Assembly: GCA_030649945.1 (NCBI GenBank) | Contig: JAUSFE010000104.1 | Coordinates: 97,383-161,382, forward strand | From: Dehalococcoidia bacterium | GTDB taxonomy: Bacteria > Chloroflexota > Dehalococcoidia > SM23-28-2 > RBG-16-64-32 | DNA length: 64,000 nt | Direction of reading: 5' to 3' | Shown here: positions 18,388 to 27,887 of the stretch, in pieces | Layout of the letters: the number at the start of each line of letters is the position of its first letter | How positions within the stretch are numbered: position 1 is the first letter of the stretch | Made by a program: the position numbers and the translations under genes | The notes under the pieces: generated by a model | Databases searched by the model: none | The model's input: the letters and a program-made list of their open reading frames with translations, nothing else | What the model was told of the DNA's origin: nothing

Positions 18388-21156
18388 TCAGCCCCGGCCC
18401 GCTCCCAGCATGTGGCGCACGGCGTCCGGGACCGCGGCCAGCGCCTCGTCTATCTTCGCCGCGTCCTTGCCTCCGCCCTGGGCCATATCCGGCCGGCCAC
18501 CGCCGCCACCCCCCGCCAGGGACGCGACGAGCTTCACCAGCTTCCCCGCGTGCACGCCGCGTCCCAGCAGGTCCTGGCTAACTATAGCGATAAACTGCGG
18601 CGCGCCTTCGACTTCCGCCGCCAACACCGCCACGCCGCTGGCCATCTCCTTGCGCAGCGCGTCGGCCACATAGCGCAGCGCGTCCACGCTCGTCGCCTCC
18701 ACCCGCGCCGCCAGCACGGCCACGCCGTCCACGCTCTCCGCGCTCTCCAGCAATCGGCCGGTAGCCGGCGCCGAGGCCAGAGACCGTTCCATCTTCTCGA
18801 TCCTCTTGCGCAGGGCGTCCGCTTCCGCCAGCAGCGCCTCCACCTTCGCCGCCAGCGCGTCTCTCGGTGCGCCCAGCCGCCGCGCGATCTCATCCACGTC
18901 CCGGCGCTGCCGCCGCACGTAGTCCTCCGCGCCGCGACCTGTCAGCGCCTCGATCCGCCGCATGCCGGAGCCGATTGACGATTCGCCCGTTATGACAACC
19001 ATCCCGATCTCGCCCGTGTGATGGCAGTGCGTACCTCCGCACAGCTCCGCGCTGAATCTGGGCACGACGCTGTTGACCTCCACCACGCGCACTTCCTCGC
19101 CGTACTTGTCGCCGAAGAAGGCGAGCGCGCCCCCGGACAGCGCCTCGTCAAAGCTCGTGGTGCGCGTCTGGACGGCGAGGTCCTGGCGCACCTTCTCGTT
19201 CACCAGCGACTCCACCTCCGCCAGCTGCTCCGCCGTCACCGCCTCCGTGTGCGTGAAGTCGAAGCGCAGGTGGTCCGGCGCGACGAGCGAGCCGGCCTGC
19301 CGCACGTGCGCGCCCAGCACCTGCCGCAGCGCCGCGTGCAGGAGGTGCGTGGCGGTGTGGTTGCGCATGGTGTCCGCGCGGTGCTGCGGGTCCACCCGCG
19401 CCGTCACCTCATCCCCCACGGCGATGCGGCCTTCGCTGACCCGGCCCCGGTGCACGATCAGCCGTTCCGCCACCCGCCGCGTGTCCTCCACAACCAGGCG
19501 ACCGTGCGGGCCGGCGATCTCGCCGCGGTCGCCCACCTGGCCGCCGCCCTCCGGGTAGAAGGGCGTCTCCGCGATGAACACCTCTACCTCGGCCGGTGCC
19601 TCGGCGATCTGTAGGGGCGCGGGCACCCCGGCTTGCTGCGCCCCCGCGCCGGTACCGCTTTTCGTCTCGGCTTGAACATCCCTTCCCGCTCGTCCTGAGG
19701 CACTCGTAGGACGAGCGGAGACCAACGCCACCACCTTCGACTGCGCCTCCAGCGTCTCGTACCCCAGGAACAACGTCGCCTCCGGCGCCAGCGACGCGTA
19801 CAGGGCGTCGGCCGCTACCTCTCCGGCCCCGCCGGCGTGCGCCCGCGCCCGCTCCCGCTGCCGCTCCATCTCTTGCTCGAATCCCGCCTCGTCCACGGTG
19901 AAACCGTGCTCGGCCGCGATCTCGCGCGTCAGCTCGATGGGGAAGCCGTATGTGTCATGGAGGAGGAACACGTCCGCCCCGCACAGCCTCTCTCCAGGCT
20001 GCTGTCTCGATAGCACCTCGTCCAGTAGCTCCACACCCCGGCTCAGCGTCTCGTCGAACCGCCGTTCCTCGGGCTCCAGTATGTCCAGCACGAACGCGCG
20101 GGTCCGCTCCAGCTCGGGGTGGGACTCCGCCATCGTCTCGATCACCACCTGCGCCAGCTCCGTCATGACCGGCTGCTCGATACCCAGTTGCCGCCGCGCA
20201 AAGTAGACCGCCCGCCGCAGCAGCCGCCGCGCCACGTATCCCCGCTCCTCGTTCGAGGGCACCACCGGCGTCCGCTCGTCCCCCACCAGGAACGTCACCG
20301 CCCGCGCGTGCTCCGCCACAATGCGCATCGCCCGGTCCGTCGCGTCGTTATCGCCGTAGCGCTTTCCGCACAGCTCCTCGATCTTCGCAATGATCGGCCG
20401 GAACAGCTCCGTGTCGTACACGGACGGCAGGCGGCTGCGGTCCCACTCCGGGCTCTCGAACAGCAGCACGGAGGCCACGCGCTCAAGCCCGGACCCCGTG
20501 TCGATGTTGCGCGAGGGCAGCGGCGTCCGCTTCTCCCCATCGCAGTAGAAAGACATGAACACCAGGTTCCAGATCTCCAGGAAACGCCCGCAGTCGTGCG
20601 AGGGCTCGCATCCTTCCCCGGAAGGACAGAACTGCTCGCCGAAGTCGTAGTAGATCTCGGAGCAGGGCCCGCACGGCCCCACCGCGCCGGAGAACCAGTA
20701 GTTGTGCTCCTCGCCGTAGCGCCGGATGCGCCCCTCCGGCACACCGGCCTGCCGCCACAGCTCGTAAGATTCGTCGTCGTCCAGGTACACCGCCGGCCAC
20801 AGCCGGCCCGCGTCCAGCTTCAGGACCTTCGTCACGAACTCCCACGCCCAGGGGATTACCTCCGCCTTGAAGTAGTCCCCCACCGAGAAGTTGCCCAGCA
20901 TCTCGAAGAACGTCAGGTGCGATGTGTCCCCCACAGACTCGATATCGCTGGTGCGGAAGCACTTCTGCACCGTGGTCAGGCGGCTGTGCGGCGGCTTCGA
21001 CTGGCCCAGGAAATAGGGCTTGAACTGCACCATCCCGGCGCTCGTGAAGAGCAGCGTCGGATCGCCCGGCGGCACTATCGGCGCGCCGGGCAGGCGGCGG
21101 TGGCCGCGCTCCTCGAAGAAGCGCAGGAACGTCTCGCGTAACTCGTGGGCGTCCAA
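18388..21156 (-). CDS. alaS: Alanine--tRNA ligase (with in-frame repeat-derived insert)
   Basis: DPTLLFTSAGMVQFKPYF, TFFEMLGNFS, HTATHLLH, ELCGGTH and GGGGRPDMAQGGG; TTG start 9 nt after TATAAT. Confidence 0.97.
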   Translation of the reverse strand: MDAHELRETFLRFFEERGHRRLPGAPIVPPGDPTLLFTSAGMVQFKPYFLGQSKPPHSRLTTVQKCFRTSDIESVGDTSHLTFFEMLGNFSVGDYFKAEVIPWAWEFVTKVLKLDAGRLWPAVYLDDDESYELWRQAGVPEGRIRRYGEEHNYWFSGAVGPCGPCSEIYYDFGEQFCPSGEGCEPSHDCGRFLEIWNLVFMSFYCDGEKRTPLPSRNIDTGSGLERVASVLLFESPEWDRSRLPSVYDTELFRPIIAKIEELCGKRYGDNDATDRAMRIVAEHARAVTFLVGDERTPVVPSNEERGYVARRLLRRAVYFARRQLGIEQPVMTELAQVVIETMAESHPELERTRAFVLDILEPEERRFDETLSRGVELLDEVLSRQQPGERLCGADVFLLHDTYGFPIELTREIAAEHGFTVDEAGFEQEMERQRERARAHAGGAGEVAADALYASLAPEATLFLGYETLEAQSKVVALVSARPTSASGRAGRDVQAETKSGTGAGAQQAGVPAPLQIAEAPAEVEVFIAETPFYPEGGGQVGDRGEIAGPHGRLVVEDTRRVAERLIVHRGRVSEGRIAVGDEVTARVDPQHRADTMRNHTATHLLHAALRQVLGAHVRQAGSLVAPDHLRFDFTHTEAVTAEQLAEVESLVNEKVRQDLAVQTRTTSFDEALSGGALAFFGDKYGEEVRVVEVNSVVPRFSAELCGGTHCHHTGEIGMVVITGESSIGSGMRRIEALTGRGAEDYVRRQRRDVDEIARRLGAPRDALAAKVEALLAEADALRKRIEKMERSLASAPATGRLLESAESVDGVAVLAARVEATSVDALRYVADALRKEMASGVAVLAAEVEGAPQFIAIVSQDLLGRGVHAGKLVKLVASLAGGGGGGRPDMAQGGGKDAAKIDEALAAVPDAVRHMLGAGRG

Positions 21157-21342
21157 TTCGAGCCGATTATATCGTGCGAGGGGAGCCACGAGACAGGAGA
21201 CAGGAATGGAGAAGGGGATAGGGATGCCCCAACCTTCAGGTTGGGTGGCGTGCCCCTACGACCCCGGGTCCGAGGAGACCGGGGCTCTGACAGCGGCGTG
21301 GCAGGAGGACCAACTCGGCGATTCCGGTCCGCCTCAGGCGGA

Positions 21343-22809
21343 TCAGAAATCGGGCCCCGGCGCCGCGCCCGCGGGCGCCAGGGCAGGCTCCGGCGGCCGG
21401 GACAGCCGGAAGTCCGCCGGGAAGCGGTGGACGAAGAGGGCGGCGACGCAGCCCAGGGCCGACATGACGACCAGCACCGCGAAGATGAGCTGGAAAAGGC
21501 CGATGCCGGGCGCCGCCGCGCCGCTATTGAGGACGGCGCCCAGGATGCCCGCGCCGACGATGCTGCCGATGTAGCGCATCATGGAGTTGGCGCCGGCCGC
21601 GGCGCCCGCCAGCTCGCGGGGCGAGGACTCGATGGCGGCGGCGCTGCCGGGCCCGACGCTGAGGCCCAGCCCGGCGCCCATGAGCGCCAGTGCGCCCGCG
21701 AGGAACGCGTACGGGACATCCTGGCGGATGCCGGCCAGCAGGGCGGCGACGCCGGCGAGGACGAGCAGGCCGCCCACCAGGACGAGAGGCCGCCGGCCAA
21801 AGGAATCGGACAGCCGCCCGCCCAGCGGCGCCAGGGCGGCGACGGGAAGGGATACGGCGCCGAGGAGGCTGCCGGTGACCAGGTGGCCCTTGCCCTGGAC
21901 CTCTTCCAGGAAAAAGGGCAAGGTGAGGATCGTCGTGTACATCACGAGATTGCTGAACAGGATATACGCCGTGGCGGCGGAGTAGGAGCGGATGCGGAAG
22001 AGCCGCCATTCGGCCATGGGACTGGGCGCCGAGAACTGGCGGTAGATGAAGGCGAGGAGGAGGACGGGGAGCGCGATCAGGGCGGCGGCCACGGCGGCAT
22101 CGCTCTGCTGCCCGCGCAGCGCGTTGAGCAGGAGGGTCACGGCCACGAGGAGGGCGGCGAACGCCAGCGCGCCCACCCAGTCCAGCGAGAGCGGCGCCCG
22201 CCTGAGGCGGGCGCCGGGGTAGCGCAGGAGTGCGAGCGACACAAAGGCGGCGGCGACGAGAGGCACGTTCATGAGGAAGAGCAGGCGCCACGAGCCCAGC
22301 GCGAGCAGGCCGGCGCCGAGGAGCGGCCCCACGGCAGCGGCGATGGACATGGCGGAGCCGGTGAGGCCGTTGGAGCGGCCCAGGCGGTTGACGGGCACAG
22401 ACTCGCGGAGCATGGCCATGCCGTTAGGGATGACGGCGGCGCCGACAAGCGCCTGGCCGGTCCTCATGAGGATGAGGAGGTGGAACGACGGGGCGAGGGC
22501 GGCGCCGAGCGAGAGGAGGAGGAAGAGGACGAGCCCGGCGCGAAAGACGGGGACCCGGCCGGCTTGATCGCCGAGACGGCCCCCCAGGGGCTGCGCAACA
22601 GCCATGGCGATGAGATACGCCGAGACGAGCCAGGCGATCTCCGCGTGGCCAACGTGGAACTGCCGCCGCAGCTCCGGGAGGGCCACGGCAAGCATGGTGG
22701 AGTTGAGGGGGGCCAGGACTCCGCCCAGCGAGACAGTGAGCAGGAGGAGCCGATAGTTGACGGAGGGGCCCCGGGCGCGGGCGTCAGACGTCATGTAGGG
22801 GCGAGGCAT
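21343..22809 (-). CDS. MFS transporter, DHA2-like (~14 TM)
   Basis: LNSTMLAVALP, GRLGDQAGR motif A, GPLLG, WRLLFLMNVP and GRLSDSFGRR. Confidence 0.9.
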   Translation of the reverse strand: MPRPYMTSDARARGPSVNYRLLLLTVSLGGVLAPLNSTMLAVALPELRRQFHVGHAEIAWLVSAYLIAMAVAQPLGGRLGDQAGRVPVFRAGLVLFLLLSLGAALAPSFHLLILMRTGQALVGAAVIPNGMAMLRESVPVNRLGRSNGLTGSAMSIAAAVGPLLGAGLLALGSWRLLFLMNVPLVAAAFVSLALLRYPGARLRRAPLSLDWVGALAFAALLVAVTLLLNALRGQQSDAAVAAALIALPVLLLAFIYRQFSAPSPMAEWRLFRIRSYSAATAYILFSNLVMYTTILTLPFFLEEVQGKGHLVTGSLLGAVSLPVAALAPLGGRLSDSFGRRPLVLVGGLLVLAGVAALLAGIRQDVPYAFLAGALALMGAGLGLSVGPGSAAAIESSPRELAGAAAGANSMMRYIGSIVGAGILGAVLNSGAAAPGIGLFQLIFAVLVVMSALGCVAALFVHRFPADFRLSRPPEPALAPAGAAPGPDF

Positions 22810-22818
22810 GCCTCGCCC

Positions 22819-24486
22819 CTAGTCCTCCAGCTTGACGGTGCCGGCTGTGCCGTCGACCGTAATCCTCTGGCCGTCCTGGATGATGGCCGTGCCAACCTTG
22901 GTCCCAACGACGGCCGGGATGCGGTACTCGCGGGCGACGATGGCGGTGTGGGAAAGGATGCCGCCGTGGTCCGTGACGACGGCCGAGGCAATCGCGAAGA
23001 GCGGCGTCCAGGGCGGCATCGTAGCCGGGCAGACCAGGACCTCGCCGCGGCCCAGGCGGTGGGCCTCGTCCAGGGTGAGGATGACACGGGCGGTGGCGGT
23101 CACCTTGCCGGCCGAGGCGGCGTTGCCGTTGATGATGCGCGGATCCGGGTGCTCGGCCGGCTGCGCCCCGAAGAACTTGCTCACCATGGGGTTCTCTTGC
23201 TCCAGCACCTCGGGTGGCGGCAGGGTACCGATGGCGGGCGGCGGAGTTATCCGCCGGAACTCCTCGCGCTCACGGCGGCGGCGTTCCACGATCTCGCGGA
23301 GGCTACCGTGGCCGTCGCGCAGGGCCTCCTGCAGTTCTTCGTAGTGCAGGAGGAAGACATCGTCCGCGCTGTCGATGCAGCCGGCGGCTTGCAGACGGCA
23401 CGCCGCCTCCAGTACGGGGACGCGCTGGACGCAGACGCCCTGCTGGTCAATCCAGAAGTTGTGGTCTTCCTGCACGGGCAGATACTGCTGGGCAGCGGAG
23501 AGCATGAAGTCGAACATCTGCAGTTGGTTCCCGGACACCTTCCGGCGCAGCGCATCCTCGCGCGCCCTCCGCGCCGCCACCAGCGACTTGAACTCCTCTT
23601 CGGGGTCATAGTCGTCGCGGGCGGCGTACTCGCGGACCAGGTTGTAGACGGGGGCCGGCTGCTCCTTCCAGGTGGGCTCGGCCACGTCGAGCTCGTTCGC
23701 CCGCCAGCCGTAGCGGTCCAGGAACTCCTCGACGGCGCCGCGAAAGGCGCTCCCCTGTTCGGCTTCTGACAACGCGGCGTGGGCCTGCGCGGGCGGCACC
23801 TCGTGCAGGACCTTCATGACCTGCGGGCGCTTGCGGGCCTCCGTGGCTAGGCGCCAGAGGGCATCGCCCACCTCCACGCTCTTATTGCGGAACCCCTGCA
23901 GCAGTTGCAGATGCTCGCCGGCGCGGGGGGCGCCGAACAGCTGCGTGTACGTCTCCTCGAAGCCCATCACGGCGCCCCCGGCGGGGAAGACCGCCAAGAA
24001 GTGGAGGAGCCCCTCGCGCTCGCGCTTGTCGCAGACCTTCTCCAGTAGCGCGGAGAGGTCGGCGTCGCTGAGCTGCGAGTAGTCGCCCTTCAGCGTCTCG
24101 TCGTTGATGGCGCGTACCTCGGGCTCGTACTCGTTGTACCAGCGCTCCAGCAGGCCGGGGATGTGCTTTGTCATCGCCTCCCGCATCTCTTGCATGCGCC
24201 CCTCCATCTCGGTGGGGTCATATGACCAGGGGGAGAATCTCGTGTAGACGTAGCCGTTGACATGCTTGAAGCCGACGTCGCGGAAGGGCATCCGCAGCTC
24301 CTGGCCGGCCTGGGCCAGCCCGCGGCCGAAGGCGGGCATGTCCATGGTGGCGGAAAGCGGCGAAAGGCCGTGGGGCCAGTGCATCAGGTCCGCAGTCCAG
24401 AATCCGGCTGCCTCCTCTGGCGACTCCCAATGAACCGGGAAGTTGTCCGGGACGGGCAGCATCTGCGGCTGCTGTGACGCGGTCAT
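22819..24486 (-). CDS. PEP-utilising mobile (phospho-His) domain protein, rifampicin-phosphotransferase-like without ATP-grasp domain
   Basis: C-terminal TMPPWTPLF..GGILSHTAIVAREY; FLDRYGWR..E and W.E.P motifs of the RPH-like central domain. Confidence 0.8.
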   Translation of the reverse strand: MTASQQPQMLPVPDNFPVHWESPEEAAGFWTADLMHWPHGLSPLSATMDMPAFGRGLAQAGQELRMPFRDVGFKHVNGYVYTRFSPWSYDPTEMEGRMQEMREAMTKHIPGLLERWYNEYEPEVRAINDETLKGDYSQLSDADLSALLEKVCDKREREGLLHFLAVFPAGGAVMGFEETYTQLFGAPRAGEHLQLLQGFRNKSVEVGDALWRLATEARKRPQVMKVLHEVPPAQAHAALSEAEQGSAFRGAVEEFLDRYGWRANELDVAEPTWKEQPAPVYNLVREYAARDDYDPEEEFKSLVAARRAREDALRRKVSGNQLQMFDFMLSAAQQYLPVQEDHNFWIDQQGVCVQRVPVLEAACRLQAAGCIDSADDVFLLHYEELQEALRDGHGSLREIVERRRREREEFRRITPPPAIGTLPPPEVLEQENPMVSKFFGAQPAEHPDPRIINGNAASAGKVTATARVILTLDEAHRLGRGEVLVCPATMPPWTPLFAIASAVVTDHGGILSHTAIVAREYRIPAVVGTKVGTAIIQDGQRITVDGTAGTVKLED

Positions 24487-25145
24487 GGTCTACTCCCTTC
24501 CTCCTGACTTCCTTCCTCTGGAGCCAGGGTCTGCTGTTTCCTGCGCTTCAAGTCCTCGATCAGCGTGCGGATGGCCCAGCTCACGGCGCGGCCGGACTCG
24601 TGCCCGTCCATGCCGAACTCTTCCCGGAAGGTCTTCCAGGCCCACGAGCTATGCAGATAAGAAATGATAGCATGCGCCTGCCGCCCCTCCTCGCGGCTCA
24701 GTCCGGCGAGAAGGCCCGCTAGGGCCGCCCGGTAAATCTCGAGGCGGCGCTCGCGTCCTCTGTTCCGGACGTCGCGCCCAGCCTCTGTCGCCCACTGGGC
24801 CAGGATGACATCCTCGGTCCGGTCGAACTCCGGGAACAGCTGCTCGGGCGCGGCCGCCAGGTCATCGGGCGTGAGGATCGGCGGCATGGCGACGACCTGA
24901 TCGTCCAGCCACTCAGCGAAGGCGCTGAACAGCGCGTCCTTCGTGGGGAAATAGCGGTAGACGGTGCGCACAGAGACACCCGCCCGGCGGGCCAGCCGCG
25001 GCATGCTGAAGTCCCTCAGGCCGTCCGCCGCCATCTCCTGCATGAGTGCCTGAAGGACCATCTCGCGGGTCTGCTGCACCTGCCGCTCTCGCAGGGGGCT
25101 GCTGTAGGAGCGGGACCCGTCCCTCGACCGTGTCGCTGCTTTCAT
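24483..25145 (-). CDS. TetR/AcrR family transcriptional regulator
   Basis: LARRAGVSVRTVYRYFPTKDAL HTH. Confidence 0.92.
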   Translation of the reverse strand: MKAATRSRDGSRSYSSPLRERQVQQTREMVLQALMQEMAADGLRDFSMPRLARRAGVSVRTVYRYFPTKDALFSAFAEWLDDQVVAMPPILTPDDLAAAPEQLFPEFDRTEDVILAQWATEAGRDVRNRGRERRLEIYRAALAGLLAGLSREEGRQAHAIISYLHSSWAWKTFREEFGMDGHESGRAVSWAIRTLIEDLKRRKQQTLAPEEGSQEEGSRP

Positions 25146-25152
25146 GGCGGGT

Positions 25153-25182
25153 AGCATGCCACTAATACATGAGCCGTGTCAA
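25153..25182 (-). promoter_or_regulatory. sigma70-like promoter of the tetR operon with overlapping imperfect palindrome (candidate TetR operator)
   Basis: TTGACA-N18-CATGCT, 7 nt before ATG 25145; TGCCAC-N13-GTGTCA inverted repeat. Confidence 0.55.
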
Positions 25183-25229
25183 GCAGTCGAGAACACGTCT
25201 TTGCCAAACAAACTCGGCGCGGCTTCCCG

Positions 25230-25814
25230 CTACTCGGCGAGCCGCGCCCTGGCGAAGTAGCTGAGGGCCAGGCGGACCTTCTCCTCCACCGGGGCGTCCG
25301 CAGGCAGCTCGCTGCGGGCGACGGCATCCAGGGCTTCGGCCTGGGAGTAGCCGAGGGCCATGAGAGCCGCGACGATCTCTTCGGACTCGACGCCCGGCAC
25401 GGCGACGGGACCGGCGCCCGTCATCTTCTCCCGCAGCTCCAGGACGATGCGGGAGGCGAGTTTCTGGCCGACGCCGGGCGCGCGGGCGAGGGCGGCGGCG
25501 TTCCCCGAGGCGATGGCGAAGGAGAGCGCGTCTGCGTCCATGATGGAGAGCAGGGCGAGGGCGACCTTGGGACCGACGCCGCTGACGCCGATGAGCGTCT
25601 GGAAAAGGCGCTGCTGGTGCGCTTCCAGGAAGCCGTAGAGCGTCATGCCGTCTTCGCGGACGACGAGGTGTGTGTGGAGGGCAATCTCGGCGCCGGATTT
25701 CGCGCCGGCGATGGTATCCGCCGGGCCATAGACCAGGAAGCCGACGCCGCCGACGTCTACGATGAGGTGGTCCGCGCCGCGATCGACGACGGTGCCGCGC
25801 AGGCGGGCGATCAT
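25230..25814 (-). CDS. ruvA: Holliday junction branch migration protein RuvA
   Basis: MIARLRG, DVGGVGF, LYGF, VSGVGPKVAL, PGVGQKLASRI and ALMALGY. Confidence 0.96.
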   Translation of the reverse strand: MIARLRGTVVDRGADHLIVDVGGVGFLVYGPADTIAGAKSGAEIALHTHLVVREDGMTLYGFLEAHQQRLFQTLIGVSGVGPKVALALLSIMDADALSFAIASGNAAALARAPGVGQKLASRIVLELREKMTGAGPVAVPGVESEEIVAALMALGYSQAEALDAVARSELPADAPVEEKVRLALSYFARARLAE

Positions 25815-26434
25815 GGCGAGGGCTCCGCTGTGGAGGCTGGAGGTTGGAGATTGGAGATTGGAAGCCTTCTGGCGGCACCGGGCGCGGCCGGGCTGAAGCC
25901 CGACCCTCCGTGGGTGGCGGTGAGCGGACTGCCCCGGCGCAGGTGGTGGCAGAGAGCCACGGCGAGGGCGTCCGCGGCGTCGGCGGGTTGGGGGGGTTCG
26001 GGGAGGCCGAGGAGGGCCTGGACCATCATCGCCACCTGCTCCTTGGAGCCGCGGCCGTAGGAGGTGACGAACTGCTTGACCTCCAGCGGCTTGTACAGGG
26101 AGACCGGAAGGCCGGCCAGCGCGGCTGCGAGCAGGGCGACGGCGCGAGCCTCGCCGACGGCGACGGCGGCGCGGACGTAGCCGACGATAAAGTCCTCGAC
26201 AGCGACCTCGTCCGGGCGGGCTTCACGGATCACGTCGCAGAGGGCTTCGTGGATGCGTAGGAGGCGCTCGGCGCGGGGAGCGGCCGCAGGCGGGGCCACG
26301 ACACCGAACCCCAGGGCCTGATAGCGATCGCCCTCGGCGCGGACGAGGCCGTAGCCGGTGACCCTGAGGCCGGGGTCGATACCGAGGACGATGAGGGCCG
26401 TCCGCCCGAGGCGGACCATGGGCGGGCGCACCAT
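25811..26434 (-). CDS. ruvC: Crossover junction endodeoxyribonuclease RuvC (with C-terminal extension)
   Basis: LGIDPGLRVTGYG, VAVE, KEQV and DAADALAVALCH. Confidence 0.95.
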   Translation of the reverse strand: MVRPPMVRLGRTALIVLGIDPGLRVTGYGLVRAEGDRYQALGFGVVAPPAAAPRAERLLRIHEALCDVIREARPDEVAVEDFIVGYVRAAVAVGEARAVALLAAALAGLPVSLYKPLEVKQFVTSYGRGSKEQVAMMVQALLGLPEPPQPADAADALAVALCHHLRRGSPLTATHGGSGFSPAAPGAARRLPISNLQPPASTAEPSP

Positions 26435-26444
26435 CCTTCCCTGC

Positions 26445-27206
26445 TCAGGAAGGATGGGCGGCGTACTCCATGAGGACGGACTCCGGGAAGTCCGCGTTGG
26501 AGTAGACTTTCTGGACGTCGTCCAGGTCTTCGATCTGGTCCAGGAGCTTGAGGGCGTGGGTGGCGGCCTTCTCGTCCAGAGGCATGGTGTTCTTGGGGAG
26601 CATGGAGAGCTCCGCCGAGGAGATGTTGAAGCCTGCCTCTACCAGCTGCTTTCTCACTTTGTCCAGGTCCGTCGGCGCGGTATACACTTCCACGAAGTTG
26701 CCCTCCACGCGCACGTCCTCGGCGCCGGCATCGATGGCGAGCAGAGCCACTTCCTCCGGGTCGGGGCCGTCGGGCTCGATGATGATCAGGCCCCTGCTGT
26801 CGAACTGCCAGGCGACTGTGCCGGACTCGCCCAATGTGCCGCCGCCGCGGGTGAGCGTGGTGCGCAGGTCGGACACGGTGCGGTTGCGGTTATCGGTGAG
26901 GGTCTGCACGAGGATGGCGACGCCGCCCGGGCCGTAGCCCTCGAAGGTGATCTCCTGGAGAGCGGCCGCGCCCTCGCCGCCGCCGGCGCCCCGCTCGATA
27001 GCGCGCTTGATGGTGTCCATGGGCATATTGCCCTCGCGGGCCTTGTCCACCGCCAGACGCAGGCGGGGGTTCATGGCGGGATCGCCGCCCCCTTCGCGAG
27101 CGGCGATGGTGACCTCGCGCGCGAGCTTGGTGAAGAGCTGGCCACGCTTGGCGTCCGAGGCGCCCTTCTGGCGCTTGATGGTAGACCAGTGAGAGTGTCC
27201 GCCCAT
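26445..27206 (-). CDS. yebC: YebC/PmpR family protein
   Basis: MGGHSHWSTIKRQKG, EGYGPGGVA, TDNRNRT and DDVQKVYSN. Confidence 0.97.
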   Translation of the reverse strand: MGGHSHWSTIKRQKGASDAKRGQLFTKLAREVTIAAREGGGDPAMNPRLRLAVDKAREGNMPMDTIKRAIERGAGGGEGAAALQEITFEGYGPGGVAILVQTLTDNRNRTVSDLRTTLTRGGGTLGESGTVAWQFDSRGLIIIEPDGPDPEEVALLAIDAGAEDVRVEGNFVEVYTAPTDLDKVRKQLVEAGFNISSAELSMLPKNTMPLDEKAATHALKLLDQIEDLDDVQKVYSNADFPESVLMEYAAHPS

Positions 27207-27305
27207 ACGTTCTGAGGTATTGTAACGTGGGTGGGTCAGAGGGGTCAAAGGGTCAAATGGGCAGAGAGTTATTGGGCCAATGAGAGAGTGCTGGAGGAAG
27301 CGCGC

Positions 27306-27788
27306 ATGATGATCAGCTTCGACACGGAGGGCGGCACCTTCCAGTACCGCGTGGCGGCGATCATCCTGCGCGGCGACGAGGTGCTGCTGCACACGTGGGC
27401 GGATGAAGATTTCTGGTGCCTTCCCGGCGGGCGCGTGGAGATGCACGAGCCGGGCGACGTTGCGCTGCTGCGCGAGCTGGCGGAAGAGATGGCCGAGCAA
27501 GCGCGCATCGAGCGGCTGGTCTGGGTCGTCGATAACCTCTACGAGCACCGCGGCGTCCGGCACCACGAGGCGAGCCTCTACTTCCTCGTGTCGCTGCCGG
27601 AGGACTCGCCAGCCTATCTGGCGAAGGAGCCGTGGACCGAGACGGAGGTGGACGGGACGGTGCTTCTGTTCCGGTGGTTCCGGCTGGAGGGACTCGAGTC
27701 GGTCAACCTGCTGCCCAGCTTCCTGCGCACCGCGCTGGCGGCACTGCCGGAGGGGATTGAGTACGTGGTCCACCGCGACGGGGTGTAA
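27306..27788 (+). CDS. NUDIX hydrolase
   Basis: LPGGRVEMHE...ALLRELAEE Nudix box; GGAGG RBS. Confidence 0.9.
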   Translation: MMISFDTEGGTFQYRVAAIILRGDEVLLHTWADEDFWCLPGGRVEMHEPGDVALLRELAEEMAEQARIERLVWVVDNLYEHRGVRHHEASLYFLVSLPEDSPAYLAKEPWTETEVDGTVLLFRWFRLEGLESVNLLPSFLRTALAALPEGIEYVVHRDGV

Positions 27789-27887
27789 CCCAAGGGGCCG
27801 CGCGCTGTCAATCGGGCGGCGGCCTACAAAGCAGAAGCGCCCGGCGCCCGGCCGGCCAGCGCAGCGATGGGCGCGGCGACGGCGCCC

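Noticed and set aside
21145-23769. 874-aa plus-strand ORF and other long antisense ORFs (e.g. 11466-12959, 33724-35229, 50348-51733)
   Set aside because: Shadow ORFs opposite well-supported genes, as expected in high-GC DNA; no recognisable motifs.
25230-27206. ruvB missing from yebC-ruvC-ruvA
   Set aside because: An unlinked ruvB is common and cannot be judged from one window.
27783-27812. Minus-strand TTGACA promoter antisense to the NUDIX gene
   Set aside because: The -35 matches but the -10 (TACACC) is poor; insufficient support.
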